Source: Lentisphaeria bacterium (GTDB lineage: Bacteria > Verrucomicrobiota > Lentisphaeria > Victivallales > UBA1829). From it: 50,314 bases of DNA. Location of the stretch: positions 1 through 50,314 of the forward strand of contig JAFTJI010000099.1 in NCBI GenBank assembly GCA_017456495.1, read 5' to 3'. The notes under the pieces were generated by a model. It searched no databases. It was given only the letters and a program-made list of their open reading frames with translations, and had not been told where the DNA came from. The position numbers and the translations under genes were made by a program. This document shows, in pieces, positions 9,115 to 17,526 of the stretch. Numbering within the stretch: the first letter of the stretch is position 1; each line of letters starts with the position of its first letter.

Positions 9115-11976
9115 ATGAAAAAATTTTTTGTGCTGCTGGCATCGGCAGTTTTAGCAGCAGTTACGGCGGCACCTGTTCCGCAGGATCAGAAACCGTCAAG
9201 TTACAAGTTTGATCTGACCGGAAAAGGCTTAAAAAAACTCTCCTCCGGTGCGTGGCTCTGGAAGATCCCGGCAAATAAGGAACAGCAGAAAATCGTCTTC
9301 GATCTTGATGCGCTCAAAATCATGCCAAATGATTTTGACGAGATCAGGGTCCTCATGAAAAACACAAAGGCGAATTCCGGGCTGATGGTCCGCATTACGG
9401 ATTATCCCTCCAAAGATCAGCTCCGCAGCTGGTATTCCAAGACGGATATTCCCCTGAACAAAGTGACCGATCTGCGCTTTGATCTGCGTTTGGATGATGA
9501 TGGCTGGTGGCACGGCACGAAGCCAAGAGGCGGACGGAAACTGGAGATTTCTCTCATTAAGAAATACCGCCGCACACCCGGTGAGCCCCCCGACCGGGAA
9601 ACAGAAATTTATGCGATCGAACTCATCCGCCGCAGTGCCGATATCTCTTTCGATGAAATCAAAGCAACGCTGGAAACCACATGGTTCAGCTATGTCTGGC
9701 GTTATGAACTGAATATTCTCAACCGGGAATCCTCCGAACGGAAGATCGACCTTGTCCTTGATACAAAAGGCCTCAAATATTTCAAGCCGAGTTGGACAAA
9801 AAAGAGTTTGAAACTCAAGCCCCGTGAAATGGTGACGATCCCCCTGGAACTTTCCATCAGCAAACGCGATGCCGCAAAGCTCCCGGTTCTTTACAGTGAA
9901 CGGGTTCTGCCGAAACTGATTTTCCCGGATGCCCCGGAAGTCTTCCCCCTCATGGGATACCGTCCCCGTTATGTCTGGGGAACGATCCCTCTGACAGAAA
10001 TCAAGTATCAGCTGGATCTTCCCAAAACGGAAGCTGACAGGAAAAAACTCATTGCCGAAGCAGACAGAGATGTTGCGAGACCATTCAGTGTTCCGCCGCA
10101 AGTCGTCCCGGCATACTGCGCTGTCTTCAAGCCCCGTGAAATGGAAGCTCTCAGCTTCTTCCGTGTCCGTGACCGGAAAACCGGAAAAGATATCAGCAAC
10201 CTGCCGAATGTGACAGCTTCTTACATTTACCATCACAATCAGCAGACATTCTCTGCTATCAAGCGGATGGGCCAGGCTTACAAGTTGACCGGCAACAAGG
10301 CTTATGCGGAAAAGATCCGGGATATTCTTCTGGAATATGCCTACTGGTTCCGGTTCCTGCCGCCTCAGGCGCCTTCCTCCACTTCCGGCGGATCACGTCT
10401 GACCTTTACGACCCTTGACCTCAGCTACTTCCTTGCTGACGGCGCAGAAGGTTACGCGGCAGTCAAAAACTCCGGAGTCTTCGGAAAACGGGATATAGAT
10501 CTCATCGAAGAAACCATTTTCCTGCCGCTGATGAAAGAACTTTATACTCATAATATTGAGTTCACCAACATGCAGCTGCACCATATTACAGCATACGGAA
10601 CTTCCGCAATCGTTCTGAACCGGGCACAGAACCTGTTCGGCGACGCACTTTACGGTGACCATGGGTTCCACAGTTTTCAGGACAAAGGTTTTACCGCTGA
10701 CGGTATGGCACTGGAAGGCGGGGTCTACCACTGGTACGGCGTTGTGCCCCTGCTGAAGTTTGCCGATAAAATGCGGGGAACCGGGATCGAACTCATCGGC
10801 AAAAAGTTCAAACCCATCTATGACTACGGAATCAACAACTCCCCCAACGGCGTTGCCGAAGCGACTCTCCGCAACACCTATGTTGAGGCTTGGAGACTCT
10901 TCAAAGATGAAAGATATCTGCCCACGCTGAAGTTGATCAAAAAGCTCCCCGAAGGCATTGATCCGAAAACCGTTCCCGATACTCTTGATCTGCCAAGCGC
11001 ACTCCAGAAAAACAACGGTTATGCTTGGCTCCGCGAAAGAAGCAAGTACGGTTTCCGAGCTGTTGCCATCAACTGGATCATGGGCTGGGATCGTCTGGAA
11101 CATGACCGCCTGAGCTATCGTCTGTTCGATGAAAAAGGGATGATCTCTCATGAAGTCCACCGTGTCGGCTACACCAATCCGGGCGCGGATATGGAAGCAA
11201 CCATCTCCCACAACACAATCGTTGTTGATGAAAAAGATGCAGCTCCCAATTCCTCAACGCTGGCAGTTTTCCTTGACAGAAAATCCATGCCGGCGTTCCT
11301 GATTACAGAAAATCCGGAATCCCGGCTCTACCCCGGCATTGATTTCTCCCGTGCCATGGCGATTTTCGACGGCATCATCTTTGTCGGTGACAAGGTTCAT
11401 GCCATCGACGGGAAAACCCATACCTTTGACTGGCCCTTCTACAATCCGTGGCAGCCCTGGACAAAGCCGGGAAAACTGGAATTCAACGTTCCCGGCAAGT
11501 TTGACAAACAGCTGAAGACCAGCTATAAACATGTAAAGAGTTCTTACTGTTCCCCTGCTGCAGACGGTTTGAAAGTGAACGTGGATATTCCGCAGTCCAC
11601 CGCCCTGCGCGGCTTTGATGTCCGCCTGAAACCGGATAGAAAGCTCTATCTGAACTTTGCGCTCCCGAACCAAACAACGGTTGCCAAGTTCATGATCGGA
11701 CGCGGTCACAATCCCAAACCGGGTCCCATGCTTCTGCTCCGTCAGACAGGAAAAGGTGCAGAGTTCGCCTGTGCGTTTGATATCGTGAAAAACGGCGCAA
11801 CGCCCCGGATCAAATCTGTCAGAAGCGTGCCGTTCACTCCGGCACACCCCCTCTCTGCAGTCTGGGAAGTCAAAGCGGATTCCGGAACCTACTACGTCAT
11901 CGTGAACAGAACCGGAAAAGAACTCAAATTCGGAAACATGAAAACAACCAATAAACTGGAGGTTATAAAGAAATGA
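9115..11976 (+). CDS. Secreted polysaccharide lyase-like protein (alginate lyase/heparinase II-III fold)
   Basis: Signal peptide; motifs AYKLTGNKAYA, EGGVYHWY, TISHNTIVVD. Confidence 0.7.
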   Translation: MKKFFVLLASAVLAAVTAAPVPQDQKPSSYKFDLTGKGLKKLSSGAWLWKIPANKEQQKIVFDLDALKIMPNDFDEIRVLMKNTKANSGLMVRITDYPSKDQLRSWYSKTDIPLNKVTDLRFDLRLDDDGWWHGTKPRGGRKLEISLIKKYRRTPGEPPDRETEIYAIELIRRSADISFDEIKATLETTWFSYVWRYELNILNRESSERKIDLVLDTKGLKYFKPSWTKKSLKLKPREMVTIPLELSISKRDAAKLPVLYSERVLPKLIFPDAPEVFPLMGYRPRYVWGTIPLTEIKYQLDLPKTEADRKKLIAEADRDVARPFSVPPQVVPAYCAVFKPREMEALSFFRVRDRKTGKDISNLPNVTASYIYHHNQQTFSAIKRMGQAYKLTGNKAYAEKIRDILLEYAYWFRFLPPQAPSSTSGGSRLTFTTLDLSYFLADGAEGYAAVKNSGVFGKRDIDLIEETIFLPLMKELYTHNIEFTNMQLHHITAYGTSAIVLNRAQNLFGDALYGDHGFHSFQDKGFTADGMALEGGVYHWYGVVPLLKFADKMRGTGIELIGKKFKPIYDYGINNSPNGVAEATLRNTYVEAWRLFKDERYLPTLKLIKKLPEGIDPKTVPDTLDLPSALQKNNGYAWLRERSKYGFRAVAINWIMGWDRLEHDRLSYRLFDEKGMISHEVHRVGYTNPGADMEATISHNTIVVDEKDAAPNSSTLAVFLDRKSMPAFLITENPESRLYPGIDFSRAMAIFDGIIFVGDKVHAIDGKTHTFDWPFYNPWQPWTKPGKLEFNVPGKFDKQLKTSYKHVKSSYCSPAADGLKVNVDIPQSTALRGFDVRLKPDRKLYLNFALPNQTTVAKFMIGRGHNPKPGPMLLLRQTGKGAEFACAFDIVKNGATPRIKSVRSVPFTPAHPLSAVWEVKADSGTYYVIVNRTGKELKFGNMKTTNKLEVIKK

Positions 11977-13160
11977 AAAGATTGCTGATCGGTGCGATTG
12001 CGATCGCAACATTGGGAGTTCAGGCTGAACTCAAAGACAAGGTGTACAGATTCATGCCGCTGCAGAAAGATCTGACCGTTCTCTCTGCAAAGGGTGCGCC
12101 CACCAATGAGGCGAAATATAACAGAAAATCAACAGCATTGACCCCTGATTTCAAAGAAGCAGCTGTCAACGCCCCCCGCTTCTGGAATGGCGGTTTGCTC
12201 ATTGAACACGGAGGAAAAACGCTGGAACGCGGTGCAGTCAACTGCCTGCCTGCCGATGGAAAGATCTTCTCCGTTGCAGGAAAAAAAGTCGCCGGAGTTT
12301 ATAATCAGGAAGGGCTTGAATTTTTCGGAACATGGGAACTCAATCCCGTCAAACATCAGCCCATGCTGAGCGGTTCTTACACCTTCTCTTTCTATGCAAA
12401 AGGTTCCGGAACTCTTTCTGTAACTCCGATCCTGAAAGTCGGCGGCAAAGACAAAGCTCTGCCGGAACAGAAGTTTGCTCTGACCGGAAACTGGAACCGT
12501 TATTTCATGAAACTGGATGCCGGAGCAAGAAACAAACCGGCTCAGATGGCGGAAACCATCCGGGCAAAGTTCCAGGGTCAGAATGTTGTCATCTCCGCAC
12601 CCATGCTGGAAGGACCTTCTGTTTATCCCAATATCCATGCACCTACAACCTATGTCGCCCCCGGAAAATTCCGTGAAGCAGATAAACTTTCTCTGTCTGT
12701 CATGACTCCCGAACTCGGCAATGCAGGTGCGGTTGCATTCAACTGTACTCCGCAGGTGATTTGCGGCTGGTTCGATCTCTTCGCCACTGATGGAAGCTGG
12801 AGACCCCAGATCGCTCTCAGCTACAATATTTATCACAAACATGCTTACCGCTATCAGGTCATCTATCATGGAAAAACCTATAATTCCAGGAACATCGCTT
12901 TTGAAGCCGGAAAGACTTATCACTATGTTCTCAACTGGGACAAAGATAAGTTTGCTCTCTGGGTCGACGGTGTGAAAGTCATGGAACACAAGGTTGCAAG
13001 CAAGCCGCTGACCAAGAAAGATATCTGGATCGGCAGCCGTTCCATTCAGGCTTCTGCCAACGGTGCATTCAAAAACTTTGCTATTTTCAATCAGGCTCTT
13101 ACAGATGCAGAAATTCAGGAACTTGCAAAGAATCCTGATCTTTCCGCAAAACTCCGCTGA
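11973..13160 (+). CDS. Secreted protein with CBM-like and LamG/concanavalin-like domains
   Basis: Signal peptide; YTFSFYAKG; YHYVLNWD...LWVDG...FNQALTDAEI. ATGA overlap with the upstream gene. Confidence 0.75.
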   Translation: MKRLLIGAIAIATLGVQAELKDKVYRFMPLQKDLTVLSAKGAPTNEAKYNRKSTALTPDFKEAAVNAPRFWNGGLLIEHGGKTLERGAVNCLPADGKIFSVAGKKVAGVYNQEGLEFFGTWELNPVKHQPMLSGSYTFSFYAKGSGTLSVTPILKVGGKDKALPEQKFALTGNWNRYFMKLDAGARNKPAQMAETIRAKFQGQNVVISAPMLEGPSVYPNIHAPTTYVAPGKFREADKLSLSVMTPELGNAGAVAFNCTPQVICGWFDLFATDGSWRPQIALSYNIYHKHAYRYQVIYHGKTYNSRNIAFEAGKTYHYVLNWDKDKFALWVDGVKVMEHKVASKPLTKKDIWIGSRSIQASANGAFKNFAIFNQALTDAEIQELAKNPDLSAKLR

Positions 13161-13183
13161 CGAAAATTCGGTTTGAACATGAC

Positions 13184-13212
13184 AAGCCCGCAGAACTTTC
13201 TGCGGGCTTTTT
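13184..13212 (+). terminator. Intrinsic terminator
   Basis: AAGCCCGCAGAA-ct-TTCTGCGGGCTT followed by Ts. Confidence 0.8.
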
Positions 13213-13238
13213 AACACTGATCCCGATAAATGTTGGTA

Positions 13239-13538
13239 TTTGGGGAAGCGGAAAAAACTTTTGAGGAAAGTCTTTTCCGCTTCCCCAAGCCCCATCACCT
13301 TTTTCAAACCTTTTTGCGGCATATCAATTTTTTGCAAACAAAAAATTAATATGCCATCTTAAAAAAGTTTGGAAATTATCAAATAACCTAAAGCGCTGTT
13401 CCCCATACAGGTGGGTAAATCCATCTGCTATTTCAACTTTAAGATGGCATTTCGATTTTTACATCGTAAAAATCGGAATGCCGCAAAAAGGTTTGGAAAA
13501 AAGGGGTGGAGTTTGAGGAGGGGAAAAAGCACTTTCCT
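13239..13538. repeat. Long palindromic REP/MITE-like element whose right arm is interrupted by IS110 (continues at 14956-14980)
   Basis: Arms pair: AAACCTTTTTGCGGCAT with ATGCCGCAAAAAGGTTT; ATGCCATCTTAAA with TTTAAGATGGCAT; GGGGAAGCGGAAAAAACTTTTGAG with CTCAAAAGTTTTTTCCGCTTCCCC. Confidence 0.8.
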
Positions 13539-13653
13539 TGTATATTACTCCCCAGTTATCAGATAGCAGCAGCTCCCTTTGGCGAGAATGGGATTGCCAC
13601 TCGTCGGAGCCAAAGGTGAAGAGCTGCTGCTTGACAAATGAAAAAGTTATGCT

Positions 13654-13844
13654 ACGGTAACTTGTGTGTATTTTCGGTTGATCTCGAAAAAACACACGGA
13701 AGATGCAGTATGAGATCCTTTCCAGATCGTAAAGATCGTTTTTGAGGTAATACGCATCTTCCGTTACCGTGCTCTTCACAAAAGGTCGTAAAAACCATCT
13801 TGAACTAAAAGTTCGTATAGTTGCAAGGATGACCAGTGAGGCAC
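13654..13844 (+). ncRNA. Predicted IS110 bridge RNA (target- and donor-binding loops)
   Basis: Two stem/internal-loop/hairpin modules whose loops match the target (CTTTCC, TTTTGAGG) and the donor junction (AAACCATCT, TGCAAG). True 5' end uncertain. Confidence 0.8.
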
Positions 13845-13873
13845 AACAGCAATATACAATGGAAGGGATTAAA

Positions 13874-14938
13874 ATGCAAATCCAAAATCAAAAATTATGG
13901 GTCGGAATTGATGTTGGCTCCAAGTCTTTTCATGCAGCATTGGATTTTCCGCAGCTGTTTGAAAACCAACCCATGCTCTCTGTGTCAGACTTGCCGGAGC
14001 GTGAATTTAAGTTGACTAATGCCGGTACAAAAAGTTTTTTAAGTTGGGTTCAAGCCCTGCAAAGTGATTTTTTTGCCTTGTATTCAGAAGATCCCTTTGA
14101 TGATTTGCCATTGCATATCGTAATGGAATCCACGGGGGTTTATTCGATTCAGTTGGAAAAAATGATTCTTGCCTTATTTCCCTATGCCAAGGTTGTTATT
14201 GCTAATCCTGAACCAATAAAGGCATTTTCTATCTCTTTGAATATCAAAAATAAAACCGATAAAATAGATGCACAGGTCATTGCCAGATACGGCCGCGAAC
14301 GCACACCTGTTGCTAAAAGAAAAATGTCGGCAGAAATGGAAAAATTGCGTTCTTATGCCCGAGCCAGATCTTTTTTGAAAGATCAGAGGATAGCGTTGGG
14401 GAATTATCACGACAATATCATTGATTCTCTGGCAAAAAGAATGTGCACAAATGTTGCTAAATCAATAGACAAGGAAATTGCCGGACTGGATCGGGAAATT
14501 GATAAGATTGTTTTAAGCGCTCCGGAAATCAAGCATGAAGTGGATATAATGACATCTATGCCAGGGATAGGTCAGGGAACAGCAGTAATGTTACTTGGGG
14601 AGTTAGGATCACTTAAAGATTATCCCACCCGCCAAAAGATAACAGCTATGAGTGGGTTGAATCCTGTAAGAAAGCTATCCGGAACAAGTGTAAATCAAAC
14701 TAAATTAAGTAAGAAAGGGTCTCCGCTTGTCAGAAGATTTCTTTATATGTGTTCCAAAACAGCAATGCCCCGCATCCCGGTATTACAGGATTTGTATAAT
14801 AGAGTGCTTGCTAAAGGTAATACCAGAATGCAGGCTCGTTGTGCTGTGATGAGAAAGATGTTATTAATTCTCCGGGGAATGGTCATAGCCGATAAAGAAT
14901 TTGATAAAAATTATCAAAATATTTCAAAATCGGCTTGA
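13874..14938 (+). CDS. IS110 family transposase/recombinase (354 aa)
   Basis: GIDVG, MESTG and KTDKIDA (DEDD); PGIG and LNP...SGTS. ATG at 13874 follows RBS GGAAGGGA. Confidence 0.93.
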   Translation: MQIQNQKLWVGIDVGSKSFHAALDFPQLFENQPMLSVSDLPEREFKLTNAGTKSFLSWVQALQSDFFALYSEDPFDDLPLHIVMESTGVYSIQLEKMILALFPYAKVVIANPEPIKAFSISLNIKNKTDKIDAQVIARYGRERTPVAKRKMSAEMEKLRSYARARSFLKDQRIALGNYHDNIIDSLAKRMCTNVAKSIDKEIAGLDREIDKIVLSAPEIKHEVDIMTSMPGIGQGTAVMLLGELGSLKDYPTRQKITAMSGLNPVRKLSGTSVNQTKLSKKGSPLVRRFLYMCSKTAMPRIPVLQDLYNRVLAKGNTRMQARCAVMRKMLLILRGMVIADKEFDKNYQNISKSA

Positions 14939-15000
14939 CTTTAAGCAAACCATCTCAAAAGTTTTTTCCGCTTCCCCAAAATTCCAATCTTTATCAGATC

Positions 15001-17235
15001 TTACAGAGAACACTCGTATTCTGCAAACAGATCTTTCTGCAGGAATGTCGAACCGTTCGGCAGAACAACACGACAGGGGACTCCGGCGGGGATCGTCAAC
15101 GCCAAACGGAATTTTCCGTTCTCTTTCTTCCAATCGACTGTCACTTTTCCGCTGGCAAGTTTGCTGCTTACCCGCAAAGAATCCAATTCCTGCGGCGCAA
15201 ACGGCTTGATCGTCAACGCAGAAAAACCGGGAGCGGTTTCATCCGGCACGATTCCGCCTAAATACTGGATCATCCACGCCGCAATGTCTCCATACATGAT
15301 GTGACAATGAGACGAAAAACCTTTCCACTGCTCCCACAGTGTTGTTGCACCGTGATTGATCCAGTTCACCCAGCCCGGATAGGCAGGCTGCATCAGGATC
15401 CGGTAGGCAGTCTCGCCATAGCCGTAATCGGAAAGAACACGCAAGATATATTTTGATCCGAGGATCCCGAAGTCGGACTTGTAATTCCGAGCGACAAAAA
15501 GATCGTTCAGACGTTTTGCGGTTTTGGCTGACTCCGACTCCGGACACAATCCCCAATAAAGGGCTGTTGCAAGGGCGGTAACGTCATCATCACGTTCAGG
15601 TGTATCTGCACATCCATAAAGACCTTCCCCGCGGTAAAACGCTTCATGAAACGCCTTTTTGATGGACTCCGCAAGTTCCGCAAAGGCAGCAGCATCCTCT
15701 GTCTTTCCAAGAAGCGCAGCCGTCTTTTTCATCATAACAGCATCGGCATAATAATAGCCGGTAGATGTGATCCGGGTATCAGTCATGCGCTGCAGATCTA
15801 CCGGACACCAGTCGCCAAGCCCGAAGGAAAGAATATGATCCGTCGCCATGGTGGAAAGATACTTCATATACTGCTTCATCCTGTCATAATTCTCTTCCAG
15901 AATGCGCGTTTTTCCGGTATAGACATAAATATACCACGGGATCAGCAGAAATGCACTGTCCCACGCCGGACCGTTCCCCCAGTTGAAGCCCCAGCCATTA
16001 CTCGGAATGATCGCAGGGAACTGTCCGCTGGGACGCTGTGCGTCGCCCATTGTCTGAAGCCAGTCATAATAAGAAGATTCCAGGTCATAGTGAAACAGCC
16101 CCATCTCTGCAGCCATAAGCGCATCCCCCGTCCAGCCGTTCTTTTCACGGTGCGGACAGTCCGTCGGGATCCCGGTGAAGTTGTCAATGAAACTCCAATG
16201 GGTATTTTCATGCAGTTTGTTCAGAACAGGATCGGAACTTTCAAACTCTGTAAGAAACTCAAAATCCGTATGTACAACGCACCCGGATATCTCCTTGATC
16301 TCTGCCACGCCTTCGATTTCGACCCGGACATAACGGAACCCATGATAAACAAAACGCGGCTCCCACTCTTCAATGCCAGCCCCTTTCAGAATATACTCAT
16401 CCGTCTGAAACCGGTCGGAGGTCACATAGGGTTCCAAATCTTTCCGGTCGATATTACATTGGTAATGATCCATCAGCTCAGAATAGATGAACTTGACTTT
16501 TGCTCCGGCTTCTCCCTGAACCTTGACGTTCACCCAGCCGGTAATGATCTGCCCGACATCATAAACCACCGCATCTTTGGGCGGACCGGGAACGACTTTG
16601 ACTGCCGGAAGCCGCTGCATCACCTTGCAGGCAGGCATGATCTGCTCCGTCAGGATCCCGCCGGGTCCCGGAACAATACGGGCTCTCTTCCAGCCGGAAT
16701 CATCAAAGCCGACACAGTTCCAGCCGGGCATCTCAAGTCTGGCATCATAAATTTCGCCTTCCCGCAACGCATCGAACCGGATCGGACCTTCCACGCCGGA
16801 ACACTTCCAGCCGGAATCAGAGACAACAACTGCAACACCGTCACAATCAAGTTCAAGGATCATTTTCGGATAATCGCGCCATGCCGCACGCTCAAAATAC
16901 CAGGTATTTTCCGTGCTGCAGTTGTACCAGCCGTTCCCGAGGATCACGCCGAAAACATTCTCTCCTTTCCGGAGCTTTGCGGTAAGATCATACCGCAAAT
17001 ATCTGGAACGTTTGTCATATTGAGTAACAACAGGCTGCAAAACGCCGTCATCAACTTTTTCGCCGTTGAGATAAAGTTCAGAATATCCCAGACCGCAGAA
17101 AAAAACTTCCGCCTTCCTGGGCAGCGTATCAAGAATAAAAGATTTCCGGAAAAAAGGAGCCGGTTTGACCGGTGATGTCCTGCCGACAGCCCCACCCGCT
17201 CCGATCCATTTACAATTTGCAAATAATTCAGCCAT
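15001..17235 (-). CDS. Alpha-L-rhamnosidase, GH78
   Basis: PTDCPHREKNGWTGD, GATTLWEQW, SHCHIMYG, FVYHGFRYV. ATG at 17235 follows RBS GAAAGGA. Confidence 0.9.
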   Translation of the reverse strand: MAELFANCKWIGAGGAVGRTSPVKPAPFFRKSFILDTLPRKAEVFFCGLGYSELYLNGEKVDDGVLQPVVTQYDKRSRYLRYDLTAKLRKGENVFGVILGNGWYNCSTENTWYFERAAWRDYPKMILELDCDGVAVVVSDSGWKCSGVEGPIRFDALREGEIYDARLEMPGWNCVGFDDSGWKRARIVPGPGGILTEQIMPACKVMQRLPAVKVVPGPPKDAVVYDVGQIITGWVNVKVQGEAGAKVKFIYSELMDHYQCNIDRKDLEPYVTSDRFQTDEYILKGAGIEEWEPRFVYHGFRYVRVEIEGVAEIKEISGCVVHTDFEFLTEFESSDPVLNKLHENTHWSFIDNFTGIPTDCPHREKNGWTGDALMAAEMGLFHYDLESSYYDWLQTMGDAQRPSGQFPAIIPSNGWGFNWGNGPAWDSAFLLIPWYIYVYTGKTRILEENYDRMKQYMKYLSTMATDHILSFGLGDWCPVDLQRMTDTRITSTGYYYADAVMMKKTAALLGKTEDAAAFAELAESIKKAFHEAFYRGEGLYGCADTPERDDDVTALATALYWGLCPESESAKTAKRLNDLFVARNYKSDFGILGSKYILRVLSDYGYGETAYRILMQPAYPGWVNWINHGATTLWEQWKGFSSHCHIMYGDIAAWMIQYLGGIVPDETAPGFSALTIKPFAPQELDSLRVSSKLASGKVTVDWKKENGKFRLALTIPAGVPCRVVLPNGSTFLQKDLFAEYECSL

Positions 17236-17275
17236 GTTATTTCCTTTCAAAAAAAAAGAATCAGCGGGATATTCC

Positions 17276-17524
17276 TCACTGATTCCAATTTTCAGATGCT
17301 TTCCGCACCATATCGTGAAACTCTTCACGGGAAACATCTTCCAGACGTTTCCCTTTCCTTGCGAGCTGCTCATTCACCTTGATCGCCGTCTCCGACATCC
17401 GTTCATGAGTCTCTTCACTTCCACCCGCAAGGACAAAGTTTTCTCCTTTTGTCAAGCGTTTATGCCCGTCTCCGCCGTCAAGACCGAGACCGAGCATCAT
17501 CGCTTTTTTATCACCCTCCGGCAT
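17276..17524 (-). CDS. Conserved small hypothetical protein
   Basis: LGLGLDGGDGHKRLTKGENFVLAGGSEETHERM; RBS GGAGG-like region; tightly spaced after the secretin gene. Confidence 0.7.
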   Translation of the reverse strand: MPEGDKKAMMLGLGLDGGDGHKRLTKGENFVLAGGSEETHERMSETAIKVNEQLARKGKRLEDVSREEFHDMVRKASENWNQ

Positions 17525-17526
17525 GA

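Larger units (their letters stand above)
13539..14955 (+). mobile_element. IS110-family insertion sequence (IS621-like)
   Basis: CT core at both junctions (13537-13538, 14954-14955), no TIRs, long structured left end, DEDD recombinase. Confidence 0.9.

Noticed and set aside
13851-13859. AATATACAA as the right donor guide
   Set aside because: It is complementary to the left end but lies outside the donor-loop stem. TGCAAG inside the loop fits the architecture better.
13769-13873. Longer N-terminus for the IS110 transposase from GTG 13769
   Set aside because: Overlaps the bridge-RNA donor loop. ATG 13874 has an RBS and sits the usual distance from the GIDV motif.
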